From Verrucomicrobiia bacterium (lineage in GTDB: Bacteria > Verrucomicrobiota > Verrucomicrobiia > Limisphaerales > UBA1319): a DNA stretch of 64,000 nt. Of the stretch, positions 41,191-51,183 are shown in pieces (position 1 is the first letter of the stretch; every line of letters starts with the position of its first letter). The stretch lies in NCBI GenBank assembly GCA_963664225.1, contig OY760937.1:4192001-4256000 (forward strand), in the 5' to 3' direction. The notes under the pieces were generated by a model. That model did no database searches. It was not told the origin of the DNA and saw nothing but the letters and a program-made list of their open reading frames with translations. The translations under genes and the position numbers were made by a program.

Positions 41191-41239
41191 CCGGGCTCCT
41201 GACCCATCCCCTGGATCAAGGAGCCCGGTTTTATTTTGT
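41191..41239 (+). terminator. Intrinsic terminator
   Basis: CCGGGCTCCT...AGGAGCCCGG followed by TTTTATTTT. Confidence 0.7.
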
Positions 41240-41243
41240 CTTT

Positions 41244-41591
41244 TTATCCGAAAGTTTCGCTATTCCAACCCCAGTTTTCAGGTTTGATATCGATGAAGTT
41301 GATGTAAACCCGCTCTGGGCCGATTCCCAACTCCGTTTTCAGCAAGCCGCAGAGCTTTTTGGTCATGCGCTTGTTGACCTCTGCATTGAGCCCGCCAATG
41401 CTGCGCAACTCAACCCATGCGGCCGTCCCATCCTGACCGGACATCATCATTTCTGCCGACTGTAGGGTGGTCATGACATATTGCTCGGGCTTTCCGAGGA
41501 TTTCGGCCACCATTTTTGACAACTTCTGGAGCAGTTCCATGCCTGTGGATCCAACCAGTGGCGCGGAAGTTTTGATGTGGATGACGGGCAT
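41244..41591 (-). CDS. MIF/phenylpyruvate tautomerase family protein
   Basis: Pro-1 N-terminus MPVIHIKTS; GKPEQYVM; LRSIGG; RVYINF; NWGWN. Confidence 0.9.
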   Translation of the reverse strand: MPVIHIKTSAPLVGSTGMELLQKLSKMVAEILGKPEQYVMTTLQSAEMMMSGQDGTAAWVELRSIGGLNAEVNKRMTKKLCGLLKTELGIGPERVYINFIDIKPENWGWNSETFG

Positions 41592-41602
41592 GGCGCAAAA
41601 AA

Positions 41603-42100
41603 TCAAATGATTTTGAAAAGCTCCTCGATCGGTTTGCGACCGTTACGCGGGCTGGGATCGTCCGGGAAGCCCAGCGGAGTTACCGCCACGGATTGCCAGC
41701 CAGGCTCCACGCCGAGCGCGCGGTCCAACGCGGCGTGGTTGTAGGCGCAGATCCAGCAGGTGCCCAGGCCCTCAGCGGTTGCGGCCAGCACCAGATGCTC
41801 AAAGGCAATGGCCACATCGACCTCATGAATGCTCCGGCCATCGAGTTCCCAGGCATCCGCCGGGTGTCCCAGGGCCACCACCAGCAGCGGGGCCGACACA
41901 ACCCAATCGTGGAAAATGCCCGCCAGCGCCTTCTTCTTTTCAGCGGGTTTGAGAACCAGGAATTTCCAGGGCTGGCGATTGCAGGCGGAGGGAGCGAGTT
42001 GGGTGGCTTCGAAAATACGGCTCAGACTGGCTTCCGGTACGGAAACCTGTGTGTAACGGCGCACACTGCGGCGGATTTTAATGGCCTCGTATAAATCCAT
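41603..42100 (-). CDS. Nitroreductase family protein
   Basis: RRSVRRY, APSACNRQPW, LAATAEGLGTCWI. Confidence 0.92.
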   Translation of the reverse strand: MDLYEAIKIRRSVRRYTQVSVPEASLSRIFEATQLAPSACNRQPWKFLVLKPAEKKKALAGIFHDWVVSAPLLVVALGHPADAWELDGRSIHEVDVAIAFEHLVLAATAEGLGTCWICAYNHAALDRALGVEPGWQSVAVTPLGFPDDPSPRNGRKPIEELFKII

Positions 42101-42215
42101 GAACCTGCTCCAAAAACGTAACCGGATTGTAATGGATTTTTGCATCAAGGCAAGCGTCGGCTTTAATAAATTTCAATTTTTCCGGCCTTCGGAAAGAGGC
42201 GACTGCGTTTTCTCC

Positions 42216-42245
42216 CGTGTGATTCTTTTTGATATTCCTCACACG
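42216..42245. promoter_or_regulatory. NikR-box-like operator
   Basis: CGTGTGA-N16-TCACACG about 40 nt upstream of nikM; same layout as GTATGA-N16-TCATAC. Confidence 0.65.
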
Positions 42246-42286
42246 ATGGTTCAAGGTTGTGGCGGATCAATTGATGGTTTGAGACA

Positions 42287-43249
42287 ATGCACATTCCTGA
42301 CGGATTTTTGGATGCGAAAACGATTGTTGCCGCCTCGGCACTTTCCATCGGCAGCGTTGGTTATGCCCTGAAACGGGCGACCCGCGCGCTACCCCCCCGG
42401 CGTGTGCCGTTGATGGGGCTGGCGGCGGCCTTTGTTTTTGCGGCGCAGATGATCAATTTCCCGGTATTCGGCGGCACCTCCGGCCACCTGGTGGGCAGTG
42501 TGCTGGTGGCGGTGCTGCTCGGTCCAAGCGCGGCGGTGGTGGTCATGACGGCGGTCCTCATCGTACAATGCCTGCTGTTCGGGGACGGAGGGGTGTTGGT
42601 CTTGGGCGCCAATGTGTTTAACATGGCGGTGCTGGCCACGCTGGGGGGCTATGGAATTTTCAAGATCGTCCGCTGGCGCGCGCGCGGTCCTGCGGGTCTG
42701 ATCCTTGCGGCGGCGTTCGCGGGATGGTGCTCCACGGTGATTGCTTCGGTTTCCTGCGCGGGGCAACTGGCCCTGTCCCACACGGCGGCATGGAGCGTGA
42801 CCTTCCCGGCCATGTTTCATATTCACATGTTCATTGGCGTGGGTGAGGGGCTGATTACGGGCCTAGTGTTGTCCGCCATTCTCAAAGTGCGTCCCGAATT
42901 GCTCGAAGAAACCCCCGAATCAAGCCAATCTTCTGCGCCAGGGGCGTTTCTGGTTTATGGCCTGATACTGGTGTCTGGACTGGCGGTGTTCATCGCCCCC
43001 TTCGCGAGTCCCTGGCCCGACGGACTCGACCGTGTGGCTCAAACGCTCGGATTTGCCCAAAAAGCCCATGAATCAGGCGTGCTTCCGACGCCGATGGCCG
43101 ATTACCAGGTGCCCGGAGGCGGATCGGCGGGATGGTCCACCGCGACTGCGGGAATGATTGGAACCACTGTGGCGTTTGCGCTGGCCTGGGTGCTGGCGCG
43201 TGTGTTGACCCGTAAACACCAATCCAGGAATGAACAACCGATTTCTTGA
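42287..43249 (+). CDS. nikMN: ECF nickel/cobalt transporter substrate component, NikM-NikN fusion
   Basis: MHIPDGFL N-terminus, GTSGHL, C-terminal PWPDGLD (PDGLE) domain. Confidence 0.85.
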   Translation: MHIPDGFLDAKTIVAASALSIGSVGYALKRATRALPPRRVPLMGLAAAFVFAAQMINFPVFGGTSGHLVGSVLVAVLLGPSAAVVVMTAVLIVQCLLFGDGGVLVLGANVFNMAVLATLGGYGIFKIVRWRARGPAGLILAAAFAGWCSTVIASVSCAGQLALSHTAAWSVTFPAMFHIHMFIGVGEGLITGLVLSAILKVRPELLEETPESSQSSAPGAFLVYGLILVSGLAVFIAPFASPWPDGLDRVAQTLGFAQKAHESGVLPTPMADYQVPGGGSAGWSTATAGMIGTTVAFALAWVLARVLTRKHQSRNEQPIS

Positions 43250-43841
43250 CCCCTACAGCCATACGGACAGCCCCATCCGGCGACTGCCAGCGGGCGTGAA
43301 GCTTGGCGCCGCGTTTGCCGGTGTGCTCCTGCTGGTGCTGGTTCCCGTGACTCAGTTGGGTTGGATGGCGGCCTACGCGGTGGCGCTGGCGCTGGTGGCC
43401 GCTGCGAGTCGGATTCCCCCCGCATTCCTGATTCGGCGAACCCTGCTGTTGGAGCCATTTGTGCTCGGTGTCGCCCTTTTGGCGTGGTTTCAACCCAATG
43501 GCCCACAAATATTTCTGGGTGTGCTCATCAAGAGCACGCTCTGTTTGACCACCACCATTTTGCTGGCCAACACCACGCCCTTTGGCGACATGCTGCGCGT
43601 CATGCGCCGGTTGCGCATTCCTCCTCTGCTCGTCACCACGCTGGCGCTGATGAATCGTTATATTTACGTATTGTCCGACGAAGCGGCGCGGATGCAGCGG
43701 GCGCGATCCGCGCGGACTTTTTCCACGCGCTCGACAGGCCTTTGGAAATCGATGGCCTCAGTGATTGGCATCCTGTTCGTTCGAGCGAGCGAACGCGCCG
43801 AGAGGATTCATGCGGCGATGTGCGCCCGCGGCTGGAAATGA
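43230..43841 (+). CDS. nikQ: ECF transporter T component (NikQ/CbiQ)
   Basis: RYIYVLSDEAARMQRARSAR; RAERIHAAMCARG. Confidence 0.85.
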   Translation: MNNRFLDPYSHTDSPIRRLPAGVKLGAAFAGVLLLVLVPVTQLGWMAAYAVALALVAAASRIPPAFLIRRTLLLEPFVLGVALLAWFQPNGPQIFLGVLIKSTLCLTTTILLANTTPFGDMLRVMRRLRIPPLLVTTLALMNRYIYVLSDEAARMQRARSARTFSTRSTGLWKSMASVIGILFVRASERAERIHAAMCARGWK

Positions 43842-45101
43842 TCAAGGCTCCACCCAGACGGGCATGCCCACCCACACGAGCTTGACCAGGTACTCGGCGT
43901 TCCAGTTCGCGAGCCGGAAACACCCGTGCGATTCCGTCCGTCCCACTTCCTCGGGCATTGGCGTGCCGTGGATCCCGTAACCGCTCCGATCCAGCCCGAT
44001 CCAGACCGCCCCCACCGGATTATTCGGACCCGGCGGCAGCACTAATTTGCGCCCCAGGTTTTTTGCTTCGGCGCTTTCAGGGAAGATATCCGGGTTAAAA
44101 ACGTAATTGGGATTGGGCGCCACCGTCTGGATATGCAATTGGCCCACCGGACGCTTCTCGACTCGCCGCGCAATGCTCACTGGAAAATGCGCCATCACGT
44201 TGGTCTCCGAATCGTAGGCTTCCAGCACGCGCCGGCTTAAATAAATACGGAGGAACGCCGCCTTGTCTTTTGGATTTGGATAATCCGAAGCGGGGATCTT
44301 CACCACCTGCCCGGCGGAAACATGATCCCAATCCACCCCGGGATTGAGCAGTCGAATCTCGCGGGGATGGGCATGACCTTTTTCGGCCACAAGTTCGAGA
44401 ATCGTTTCATAATCCAAACGGTCCTGTTCGGACTTGCCAAGCCAGGTTTTCGAAAGAGGCCGCAATCGGCCCATATCCGCAGCGGTCACGATGTAATTCG
44501 TCACCGGTGGTTCATCCAGGAACAGCCGGCTTTTTGTCTCCGGGTCAAGCGCGCCTGTCACAGGCAAACCGTGTGTCTTTTGAAAAACCTCCAGGGCGGC
44601 TCGAGTCTGGCTGCCTAGGGCGCCATCGATGGATCCGGAGGCAATTCCCGCCCGGTAGAGGGCCACTTGGGCGTCAAAAATACTTCGAATCGGGAGACCC
44701 GCTCGGGGTGTCACCGTTGGAGCATTGGACGACCCTTTGTCACCCTCCGCGGCAACAGGCAGCGCGCTATTGGGTAAGACAGGCACGTTCGAGGTGACGC
44801 GCACGATATTCGTGATGTGGTTGGTCAATGAGGTCGGCGGTGGTTTGGGCGTCAATCCGGTCAAAGCCACTGTATTGGTTGGGCGCGGTGGGGAGCGAGG
44901 GGATACGATGTGCTCAGGCACTGCGTTGATCGCCCGGACGGGATGCGCTTTCTCTTGAGTCTCCACTGAAGGACCGGAGCGTTGGGTTTGCCAGAAGATC
45001 CAACCCAGAAAAGCCAGTCCGATGGCAGCCGCAATCCAATAAACTCCGCTGTGACGCGGCGGCTTGGATTTCGTGGATCGGAATCTGGTGTAAACCCGCA
45101 C
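43842..45101 (-). CDS. L,D-transpeptidase with peptidoglycan-binding domain
   Basis: PPGPNNPVG, YGIHGT, SHGCFRL; IDGALGSQTRAALEVFQ. Confidence 0.9.
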   Translation of the reverse strand: MRVYTRFRSTKSKPPRHSGVYWIAAAIGLAFLGWIFWQTQRSGPSVETQEKAHPVRAINAVPEHIVSPRSPPRPTNTVALTGLTPKPPPTSLTNHITNIVRVTSNVPVLPNSALPVAAEGDKGSSNAPTVTPRAGLPIRSIFDAQVALYRAGIASGSIDGALGSQTRAALEVFQKTHGLPVTGALDPETKSRLFLDEPPVTNYIVTAADMGRLRPLSKTWLGKSEQDRLDYETILELVAEKGHAHPREIRLLNPGVDWDHVSAGQVVKIPASDYPNPKDKAAFLRIYLSRRVLEAYDSETNVMAHFPVSIARRVEKRPVGQLHIQTVAPNPNYVFNPDIFPESAEAKNLGRKLVLPPGPNNPVGAVWIGLDRSGYGIHGTPMPEEVGRTESHGCFRLANWNAEYLVKLVWVGMPVWVEP

Positions 45102-45304
45102 GGCCCCAATTCATCATAAAACGCGCTCGAAATAAACTTTATTCCATTCTTTGTCCGAGTCGCAGGCTAAAGAAATGCAAAGAGATGCCGATGAAATCAG
45201 TGAACTCGCGAAACCACATCTTGAAATGTTGTGGAATTATCTAAAGATATGCCGGATTGATTGTTGAAAGTCAGCACGAAGCAAAACATGGCCGGAATTC
45301 GTTC

Positions 45305-48300
45305 ATGAGAGCCGCAGATCACCCGTACCTCGTGGTGCTCTGGGTTTGGTGTGCCTTCATAGCCGCATGCCTTGGGCAACAGACCGATGCCAGCACCAAT
45401 AGCCTGCCTACTCTGACCACTGTCCGACAGGTGCGCGAATTAAGCGCCAAAGAGGCCAGTCGGGGTTATCCCGTCCGGATTCAAGGGGTGATCACTTGTT
45501 CCGAAGACGCATGGTTGCTCTGGTTTCTCCAGGATGAGGCTGGAGACAACATCTATCTTTCCAATCCCCAGTCTCCAACTCCCCTTAATAGAGGCCAGGC
45601 AATCGAAGTGGAGGGCCAGACAAGTGAAGGGAAATTCTCAAATATTATCGTTAATCCCAGGACAAAGCCGATTAATAAAAGCCTGATTCCCCGGTTTACT
45701 CATCCCAATTACGAGCAACTCGATTCAGGCCGGGAAGATGGCAACTTGGTTCAAATTGAAGGTCGCATTCGATCTTTAACGATGATGAAAAATTGCGCAA
45801 ACCTGTCCATATGGATGGGTTCAAACGTGGTTCAATGCGCCCTGATACACACCCCCTCCAGCAATCTTGATCATCTTCTCGATGCACAAGTTCGCGTGAC
45901 TGCCATCTGCGCCGTGTATTCTTCAAACCGAAAAATGACCGGCTTTCGATTGTTCATTCCCGCATTCGAGCAAATCGTCGTGGTCAATGCGTCCCGGGAG
46001 GATCCTTGGGCCACGCCCATCACGCACTTCGCCGCTTTGGCCAGGATGAATGCCTCGGAATCGGGCCGCCGTATTCATGTCGTGGGCCGCGTCATGGATC
46101 GACAACGCGATGTTTCCGTGACTCTCCAGGACGATACAGGCACGACACTCTTGAACACTCCGCAATTCATGGACGCACAAAATGGCGACGTCCTGGAAGC
46201 GCTCGGCTTTCCCGTGCAAGGCAATGAAGGCATGATCCTTCAAGACATTCAGTGTCGTCCCGTAAAATCCACCAACGGGGTAATGGTCAAACTCCCCAAC
46301 GCAACTCTTCCCAATCCCAAACCTCCGCTGCTGACGCGCATCGATCAGATTCGACGATTGCCGCCGGAGGAATATCACCGCAGTTATCCTGTGCAAATCG
46401 AAGGCGTGATAACCGTCTGCGATCCCATCTGGAAACTCTTATTCATTGAGGACGATTCAGGCGGCATATACGTGTATGAGAGCATTCCGCAACCGGAATT
46501 GAAAGCCGGACAGAAGGTTCGTGTCAAAGGCTTCACAGCGCCAGGTATGTTTTCCCCGATCGTTTCAGATCCGGGCATCGAAATACTCGGACCAGGAGAG
46601 TGGCCAGTCGCCCGAACCATCACTTACGCGCAAGCCATCACGGGGCATGAGGACGCGCAATGGACTGAGATCATCGGTGTTGTCCATCAAGTCCGTCATG
46701 AAAACGGCCACACGGAGATCATCCTCACATCGCAAGGCGAACACTTCAGGGCGTTGATTCTGAATCCAGACGGAACAAACCTGCCCACCCATCTGATCGA
46801 CGCCAGAGTGGCAATCGTCGGTGTCTGCGCCACAATATTTAACGATAACAAGCAAATTGTCGGCATCATGTTCCATCTGCCTGATGTCGGCCATATCCGC
46901 ATTCTCGATGCCGCCCCTGAGAACCCTTTCGCCGGACCCGTGCAACCGATCAACCGGTTGATGCGTTTCAATCCAGGCAACGGACCCGAACAACGAATTC
47001 ATGTCCAAGGCATTGTCACCCTGCGCCTGAATCAGGATTCGATCTATGTCCAGGATGAAACCGATGGAATTCTCGTCACAGGAATGGATAAAACGGACGT
47101 GCGAGTGGGGGACAAGGTGGACGCGGTCGGCTTTGTTTCTCTGGGCCAATATCAGCCGCGGATGGACGAGTCGCTGATCCGCAAGATTGGCCCGGGCACA
47201 ATCCCCAAGGCGGTCGATTTGGATTTTAACCAGGCCTTGAAAGGGGATTACGATGGGCGGCGTGTGACCATCGATGGCAGCCTGCTGCTGTCCCAGGCTG
47301 GCGGAACATTATTGTCCCTCGACAACAACGGACATCTATTCGAAGTCCGAATGATCGGGGAAAAAAGCGGACGCGCGGCTGCGGACCTTCTTCCGCAGAG
47401 CACCCTGCAAATCACCGGCGTCTGCAATATTCTGGCCAACGAATTCCGCGAACCCACCGGCGTCTGCATCCTGGCGGATTCCACAGAAGGCATCGTCCTA
47501 TTGGAGCGGCCGCCTTGGTGGACCAACCGGCACATGCTCGAAGTAACCGCATCGCTCATTGTGGCGATACTGGCCACCACGGGATGGGTGATGCTGCTGA
47601 GGCGGCGCGTCGCCCGTCAAACCGACCAGATCCGTCTGCATTACGAGAAAGCCGCCGTCCTGGAGCGTCGATTCCGCGCCTTTGTGGAAACCGCCAACGA
47701 TGCGATCATCATGACCGACGCAAAAACAGGTTTGGTCCTGAATATAAACCACAAAGCCGAACTTCTGCTTGGCCTTCCTGCCGACGAAGTTGTGGGGAAA
47801 CCCTGCTTGATCTGCCATCCGCCGGGGAAGGCGGAGCATTATGAACAGTTGCTGGAGCGTCTGAAAACCCCCGGCAATCTGGTCACTTCCGCCGAACTTT
47901 ATTCCTTCAGCGACAAACGGTCGATCCCGGTCGAAGTCAGCGCCACAACCATCGAGCATCAAGGCCAGACGATCATCCAGGGCATCTACCGGGACATGAG
48001 CGAACGACTGCGCATGGAATCGGAATTGCGCCACGCCCAGAAAATGCAGTCCGTTGGCCAGTTGGCAGCCGGCATTGCCCACGATTTCAACAACCTGCTG
48101 ACGGTCATCCAGGGCCATTCCAGCCTGCTTCTGGCTCAGAATAACCTGGATTCCAATGCGATGGAATCCGCAAATGAAATCAAGGATGCGACATGCCGGG
48201 CCACCGATTTGACCCGTCAACTCCTGGTTTTCAGCCGCAAACAAATGCTTCAGCCCCAGCCGGTGAATTTAAACGCCATCATCGACGGAATGGCAAAAAT

Positions 48301-48880
48301 GTTCCGCCGCATGCTGGGGGAGAATATCCAACTCCATTGCGTTTGCAGCCCCGCTTCTCCCCGCGTGTTCGCCGATCCGGGCATGATGGAGCAGGTCTTC
48401 ATGAATCTGGTCGTAAACGCCCGGGACGCCATGCCCATGCCCAAAGGCGGCGAGTTGACCATCACCACCGACCAGGTTGAAATTGGCCCGGCTCAATGCA
48501 AAGACCGTCCCGAAGCCCGCATCGGGCAATTTGCTCATATCACTTTTGCGGACAATGGCTGCGGTATGGATGCCGCCACATTAACAAGGATTTTCGAGCC
48601 GTTTTTTACCACCAAGGAAGTGGGCAAGGGCACCGGTCTGGGCCTCGCCACGGTTTATGGCATCGTCAACCAGCATAACGGCTGGATCGAAGTGCAGAGT
48701 CAGCCGGACCAGGGAACAACGTTCCAAATCTTTATTCCGCTTATCGATAAAAATTTATCCTCCGATAAACAGGCCCTCAAACCCATGAATCAAGGCCAGT
48801 CGATCTCCAATCTTGGCGGCGTCTCCGACTCGGGCCGCGCGCAATCGTTTCGGCAGCAATGCGCCGGCAACGTTGCTTGA
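45305..48880 (+). CDS. PAS sensor histidine kinase with repeated extracytoplasmic domains
   Basis: [12 protein letters not shown]-box, [22 protein letters not shown] after PPWW; start uncertain. Confidence 0.9.
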   Translation: MRAADHPYLVVLWVWCAFIAACLGQQTDASTNSLPTLTTVRQVRELSAKEASRGYPVRIQGVITCSEDAWLLWFLQDEAGDNIYLSNPQSPTPLNRGQAIEVEGQTSEGKFSNIIVNPRTKPINKSLIPRFTHPNYEQLDSGREDGNLVQIEGRIRSLTMMKNCANLSIWMGSNVVQCALIHTPSSNLDHLLDAQVRVTAICAVYSSNRKMTGFRLFIPAFEQIVVVNASREDPWATPITHFAALARMNASESGRRIHVVGRVMDRQRDVSVTLQDDTGTTLLNTPQFMDAQNGDVLEALGFPVQGNEGMILQDIQCRPVKSTNGVMVKLPNATLPNPKPPLLTRIDQIRRLPPEEYHRSYPVQIEGVITVCDPIWKLLFIEDDSGGIYVYESIPQPELKAGQKVRVKGFTAPGMFSPIVSDPGIEILGPGEWPVARTITYAQAITGHEDAQWTEIIGVVHQVRHENGHTEIILTSQGEHFRALILNPDGTNLPTHLIDARVAIVGVCATIFNDNKQIVGIMFHLPDVGHIRILDAAPENPFAGPVQPINRLMRFNPGNGPEQRIHVQGIVTLRLNQDSIYVQDETDGILVTGMDKTDVRVGDKVDAVGFVSLGQYQPRMDESLIRKIGPGTIPKAVDLDFNQALKGDYDGRRVTIDGSLLLSQAGGTLLSLDNNGHLFEVRMIGEKSGRAAADLLPQSTLQITGVCNILANEFREPTGVCILADSTEGIVLLERPPWWTNRHMLEVTASLIVAILATTGWVMLLRRRVARQTDQIRLHYEKAAVLERRFRAFVETANDAIIMTDAKTGLVLNINHKAELLLGLPADEVVGKPCLICHPPGKAEHYEQLLERLKTPGNLVTSAELYSFSDKRSIPVEVSATTIEHQGQTIIQGIYRDMSERLRMESELRHAQKMQSVGQLAAGIAHDFNNLLTVIQGHSSLLLAQNNLDSNAMESANEIKDATCRATDLTRQLLVFSRKQMLQPQPVNLNAIIDGMAKMFRRMLGENIQLHCVCSPASPRVFADPGMMEQVFMNLVVNARDAMPMPKGGELTITTDQVEIGPAQCKDRPEARIGQFAHITFADNGCGMDAATLTRIFEPFFTTKEVGKGTGLGLATVYGIVNQHNGWIEVQSQPDQGTTFQIFIPLIDKNLSSDKQALKPMNQGQSISNLGGVSDSGRAQSFRQQCAGNVA

Positions 48881-48930
48881 GGGATGGTGGATGCCGGAGA
48901 GATCGGTTCGCGCTCTCTCCAGTGACCGCT

Positions 48931-49935
48931 TTATTGCGGTAGCGGCGGCCAGGAAATGGGTTCGGCCGTGAACAGTCCCGGAGGCAGGGGAGGCAGGGCG
49001 TTGACCATTTCCCGCCACGATTCGCGATCCGCCGGTGAAAGGGCCTGCCAGCGCTCGACATTCTTTAGAAACTGCTCCTGTTCTGCAGTGGATAAACTCG
49101 CGAGCTTGTTAAAGGATTCGATGCAGTGTTGCCTCTGTTCGCGAGGCAGATTCTTAAACCGCTCCAGCACATTCTGCATTTGACTGCGCTCCTCATTGGA
49201 TAACGCATTCAGAACCTTTTGCTTCTCCTGAGGATTCAACTCAAAAAAACCATCGAATCGGGCATAACGTGTTTGTTGCTGGCGCGGAGTAAGACTCTGC
49301 CAATGGGACAGTTCCTGCTCGACCTGTTTGCGGCGTGCCAGCGGCAATTGGGTGAGCATGGCTTCGCGTTCGGAGCGGGAACTGTTGTCCAGGCGAATGA
49401 GATAGTTGCGGGTGATCTCGTTCTCCAACGCCTCCTTCTGAATCGGCGGCGGCAGCAAATCCCATTGTTCAAGCCGTTCCTCGACGATCTTCCTGTATTC
49501 CGTTGGAATGGCCCTCATCCGCACGGCGCGTTGTTTGGGATCCATGCGCATTAAGGGCACCAGATACCAGCGCAATTCCACCTGGCGCAAACGCATGTCG
49601 CGCAGTTCGGAGGGCATCAATTGATATTCCTCGATTTTGGCGCGCAGAATTTTTCGTTGTGACTCGGGGCGTTTGGCGAGGTTCCTGTCCAGGTCCGTGG
49701 CGTTCATGGACAGCAACTGTCGAAACTGGCTGATGGGAGAAACCAACGTCGTATTCTCCTGCGCGGCAACCGTAGGGACGGCATCGGCCGATTCCAGCGG
49801 CGGTGGAGACTGGGCGTGTCCCGACACCGTGAGAACGACGATGATGAACAGGGACCATGGCATCCAGTATGGGCCGCCGAACCGTCTGCCTGTTGAATTT
49901 GGTATTAACATCGAATGCGCCGTCATCCGCCTCAC
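48931..49935 (-). CDS. DUF3106-like helical repeat exported protein
   Basis: Repeated WxxLxPxxR/Q units; follows the anti-sigma gene. Confidence 0.7.
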   Translation of the reverse strand: MRRMTAHSMLIPNSTGRRFGGPYWMPWSLFIIVVLTVSGHAQSPPPLESADAVPTVAAQENTTLVSPISQFRQLLSMNATDLDRNLAKRPESQRKILRAKIEEYQLMPSELRDMRLRQVELRWYLVPLMRMDPKQRAVRMRAIPTEYRKIVEERLEQWDLLPPPIQKEALENEITRNYLIRLDNSSRSEREAMLTQLPLARRKQVEQELSHWQSLTPRQQQTRYARFDGFFELNPQEKQKVLNALSNEERSQMQNVLERFKNLPREQRQHCIESFNKLASLSTAEQEQFLKNVERWQALSPADRESWREMVNALPPLPPGLFTAEPISWPPLPQ

Positions 49936-49944
49936 ACGCCCGCG

Positions 49945-50451
49945 CTATTGCAGCGCCGCCAGCAATTCCTCATCGACCGCCACCGGAACTTGCTGCAGGC
50001 GGTAAATAGCCTCGAAATCCTTGAGCACTTCGGGATTGAGCACATTGGATACCCGGCCCATTTCGGCCACACTCCGGGCATATCGCACACGCGAACGATT
50101 CTGGTAAACCTGCATGGATAATCCGATGCACAGCAGGGTGACGCCGACCACCGTTGCGCGCGCCATCCCATGGTATCTCCATGGCCAATCCAACCACTGA
50201 AACAGAGTGCGCGGCTGCCGGGCGGGGCGGGCGTCTTGTTGAATGGCGCAAAGCACCTGATGAGTAAAATTCGAGGATAACGGTTTGGTGGACAATTGCC
50301 GCAAGCAGGCGTTCAGCGCCACATCTTCCGTAAGCGCTTCTTTCAACGCGGGATTACGCTCTATTTCCGCCCGGAGTCGCACCCGCTCCTCGCTGGTGAG
50401 CGGTTGGCGCAAACCGGCTTCGAACCCGGGATTGTTATCTGAATTTTGCAT
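49945..50451 (-). CDS. Putative anti-sigma factor (single TM)
   Basis: Directly after the ECF sigma; LSSNFTHQVL; one TM segment. Confidence 0.65.
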   Translation of the reverse strand: MQNSDNNPGFEAGLRQPLTSEERVRLRAEIERNPALKEALTEDVALNACLRQLSTKPLSSNFTHQVLCAIQQDARPARQPRTLFQWLDWPWRYHGMARATVVGVTLLCIGLSMQVYQNRSRVRYARSVAEMGRVSNVLNPEVLKDFEAIYRLQQVPVAVDEELLAALQ

Positions 50452-50484
50452 CGTGGCCTCTTCCTTTAAAAACCGGTGGGGGGT

Positions 50485-51111
50485 TCAAGTTGCGGTGTCA
50501 TCTTCGATCTCTGATGTCCAGTTTCCAGACCGCAAATACGGCTTGAGCCGTAACTTCATGGTTTCGCGCGCACGGTGAATCAGCGATTTGGTGGCGGAGA
50601 GCGAAGTGCCCATCACCTCGCCGATATCCTCATACGCCATGTCTTTCTCGCGAAACAAAAGCAACGCGGTTCGCTGGGATTCGGGCAGGTCCGCCAAAGC
50701 CTCTTCGATTTTGGCCAGCAACTCCCCTTGTAACAACGCTTCGGCCGGACCTTCGATTCGGGGATCCGGTATCTGGCGAACCGGGGCGTCTTCCTCGCCA
50801 CCAATCTGGGCATCCAGGGAATCGGCGGGATGCCGGGATCGGCGGCGCAGCTCATTGAGGCAGAGATTTCTGGCAATTGTAAAAAGCCAGGTGGAAAATT
50901 TGGCTGAAGCGGCATAGCGGCCCGCCGATTTGTAGGCCTGCACAAAGACGTTTTGCGCAAGATCCTCGGCTTCTGTGGGATCCGAAATGGTCCGGGCCAC
51001 CAGGTTGATGACAGGCTGCTTGTATTTTTCAACCAGGGTCTCAAATGCGGTGATATCTCCGGTTTTCACCCGGAGCATCAGCTCGGCATCTAAATCTGGT
51101 GTGGCGGACAT
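50485..51111 (-). CDS. ECF RNA polymerase sigma factor
   Basis: AEDLAQNVF, FSTWLFTIARNLCLN, YEDIGEVMG..KSLIHRAR. Confidence 0.92.
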   Translation of the reverse strand: MSATPDLDAELMLRVKTGDITAFETLVEKYKQPVINLVARTISDPTEAEDLAQNVFVQAYKSAGRYAASAKFSTWLFTIARNLCLNELRRRSRHPADSLDAQIGGEEDAPVRQIPDPRIEGPAEALLQGELLAKIEEALADLPESQRTALLLFREKDMAYEDIGEVMGTSLSATKSLIHRARETMKLRLKPYLRSGNWTSEIEDDTAT

Positions 51112-51183
51112 GTGGAGTCCCAGCTTATCAAACACCACTCAATCAATAAGTTGCGCGCGACATCCAACCCTTGAATCGAATTC

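Noticed and set aside
42101..42286. Cobalamin riboswitch upstream of the ECF transporter
   Set aside because: No B12-box consensus; a NikR-like operator explains the region
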